Below are positions 61,801 through 62,511 of a stretch of 62,511 nt of DNA, one piece after another. This stretch comes from Elsinoe ampelina. Taxonomy: Eukaryota. The notes under the pieces were generated by a model, which was given only the letters and a program-made list of their open reading frames with translations, was not told the origin of the DNA and searched no databases. The stretch spans positions 62,001-124,511 of the forward strand of contig ML992518.1 of the NCBI GenBank assembly GCA_010093995.1. Reading direction: 5' to 3'. How positions within the stretch are numbered: position 1 is the first letter of the stretch; every line of letters starts with the position of its first letter. The position numbers and the translations under genes are program-made.

Positions 61801-62511
61801 AAAGGTAAAGACCTTATAATACTATTACCTAAAGTTATTAGTAAACTATATTTAACCTTTAATCCTATAGTTAATGTTAATTAACTACTAATATATATAT
61901 AGAATAAGGATGTTAACTTCCTTATTATACTATTTAATATATAACCTCTAACTAGTAAAAGAAAGAGATTTCTCTTACTATAAGAAACTATTAGAAGGTC
62001 CCTTAGAACACATCGCTAGATTAATTATAAGAAACTTAACAATAGTAAGATTATTAGATCTATAGCTATTAATTTTAAGCTAGACCTATAAATAGTAAGA
62101 GATACACTATCCTCTCCTAAAGGTTATTACTAGTAAGCTATAATAGAGGCAGAGTAGAAGACTCTAACTAACTCTAAAACCTTTTTAATTATTAAGAAAT
62201 CTTAGGCACTAAGAGGTATTAGGCTAATAACAGACAAATAGGTCTTTAAGACTAAGAGGCTTACTAATAGCAAAGTTAAAAGATATAAGGCTTATTAGAC
62301 TATAAGGAGCTTTACTTAAAGAGTAGGTATTAACTTTGTTAGAACCTTTATACTAATACTAAGAGCTAAAACTAGGAGAGTAATTCTTGTATATACTCTT
62401 TATTATAACTAGGTTATTATAATAGTAGATGTAGTTACTATATTCCTTAGACTAGACATTAATATTAAGAACTATATCTCCTACCTAGAAGGCGTACTAA
62501 TTCCTAGTAAA
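58702..62511 (+). mobile_element. RIP-degraded Ty1/Copia retrotransposon (runs off the window end)
   Basis: De-RIP motifs in Copia order: protease 'IYDSGASRHF' ~60100, 'RWHQRLSH' ~60563, integrase 'LHLDLIGP' ~60745, 'SDGGGEF' ~60940 and 'QYQNGKSE' ~61030, then RT 'KWVFKTK...RYKARW.VRGFTQ..GIDF..TF' ~62237-62350 and 'DVVTAFL' ~62428. Confidence 0.92.

Noticed and set aside
1..62511. CRISPR arrays, rRNA, tRNA, telomeric repeats
   Set aside because: None recognised by eye; a small tRNA or snoRNA could have been missed without a covariance-model search.

Overview
Filamentous ascomycete (Pezizomycotina, probably Dothideomycete-like; taxon is inference) genomic window with a bimodal layout. A gene-dense island of about 35 kb (~23.8-58.7 kb) lies between two AT-rich blocks of transposon fossils degraded by repeat-induced point mutation (RIP; CpA/TpG depleted, TpA and TAG/TAA saturated). 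The left block (1-~23.75 kb) holds four chromodomain Ty3/Gypsy relics. Two are complete and nested, with LTRs and target-site duplications still readable: element A (8646-16560) sits inside the 5' LTR of element B (8560-22734), and B interrupts a RIP-killed ORF of unknown type. Element A carries ~2.4 kb of extra sequence between pol and its 3' LTR, in which two antisense, intron-containing, probably Cys-rich genes can be reconstructed; this is the most unusual item found. The right block is a Ty1/Copia relic with a nearly unmutated 5' LTR. The island encodes a small secreted protein, a RING/TRAF protein, Hsp10, WDR79/Swt21, a GT34-like glycosyltransferase, an ASST arylsulfotransferase-like protein, aldehyde dehydrogenase, the Pet8 SAM carrier, a TilS-like protein, three MFS transporters, importin-9/Kap114, Rev7, a head-to-head pair of paralogous double-F-box-like proteins, and a bacterial-type 4,5-dihydroxyphthalate decarboxylase-like protein. 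All calls come from manual reading and translation; no searches were run. De-RIP translations are ambiguous (TAY can derive from Tyr, Cys or His codons; TAG/TAA from Gln or Trp codons).
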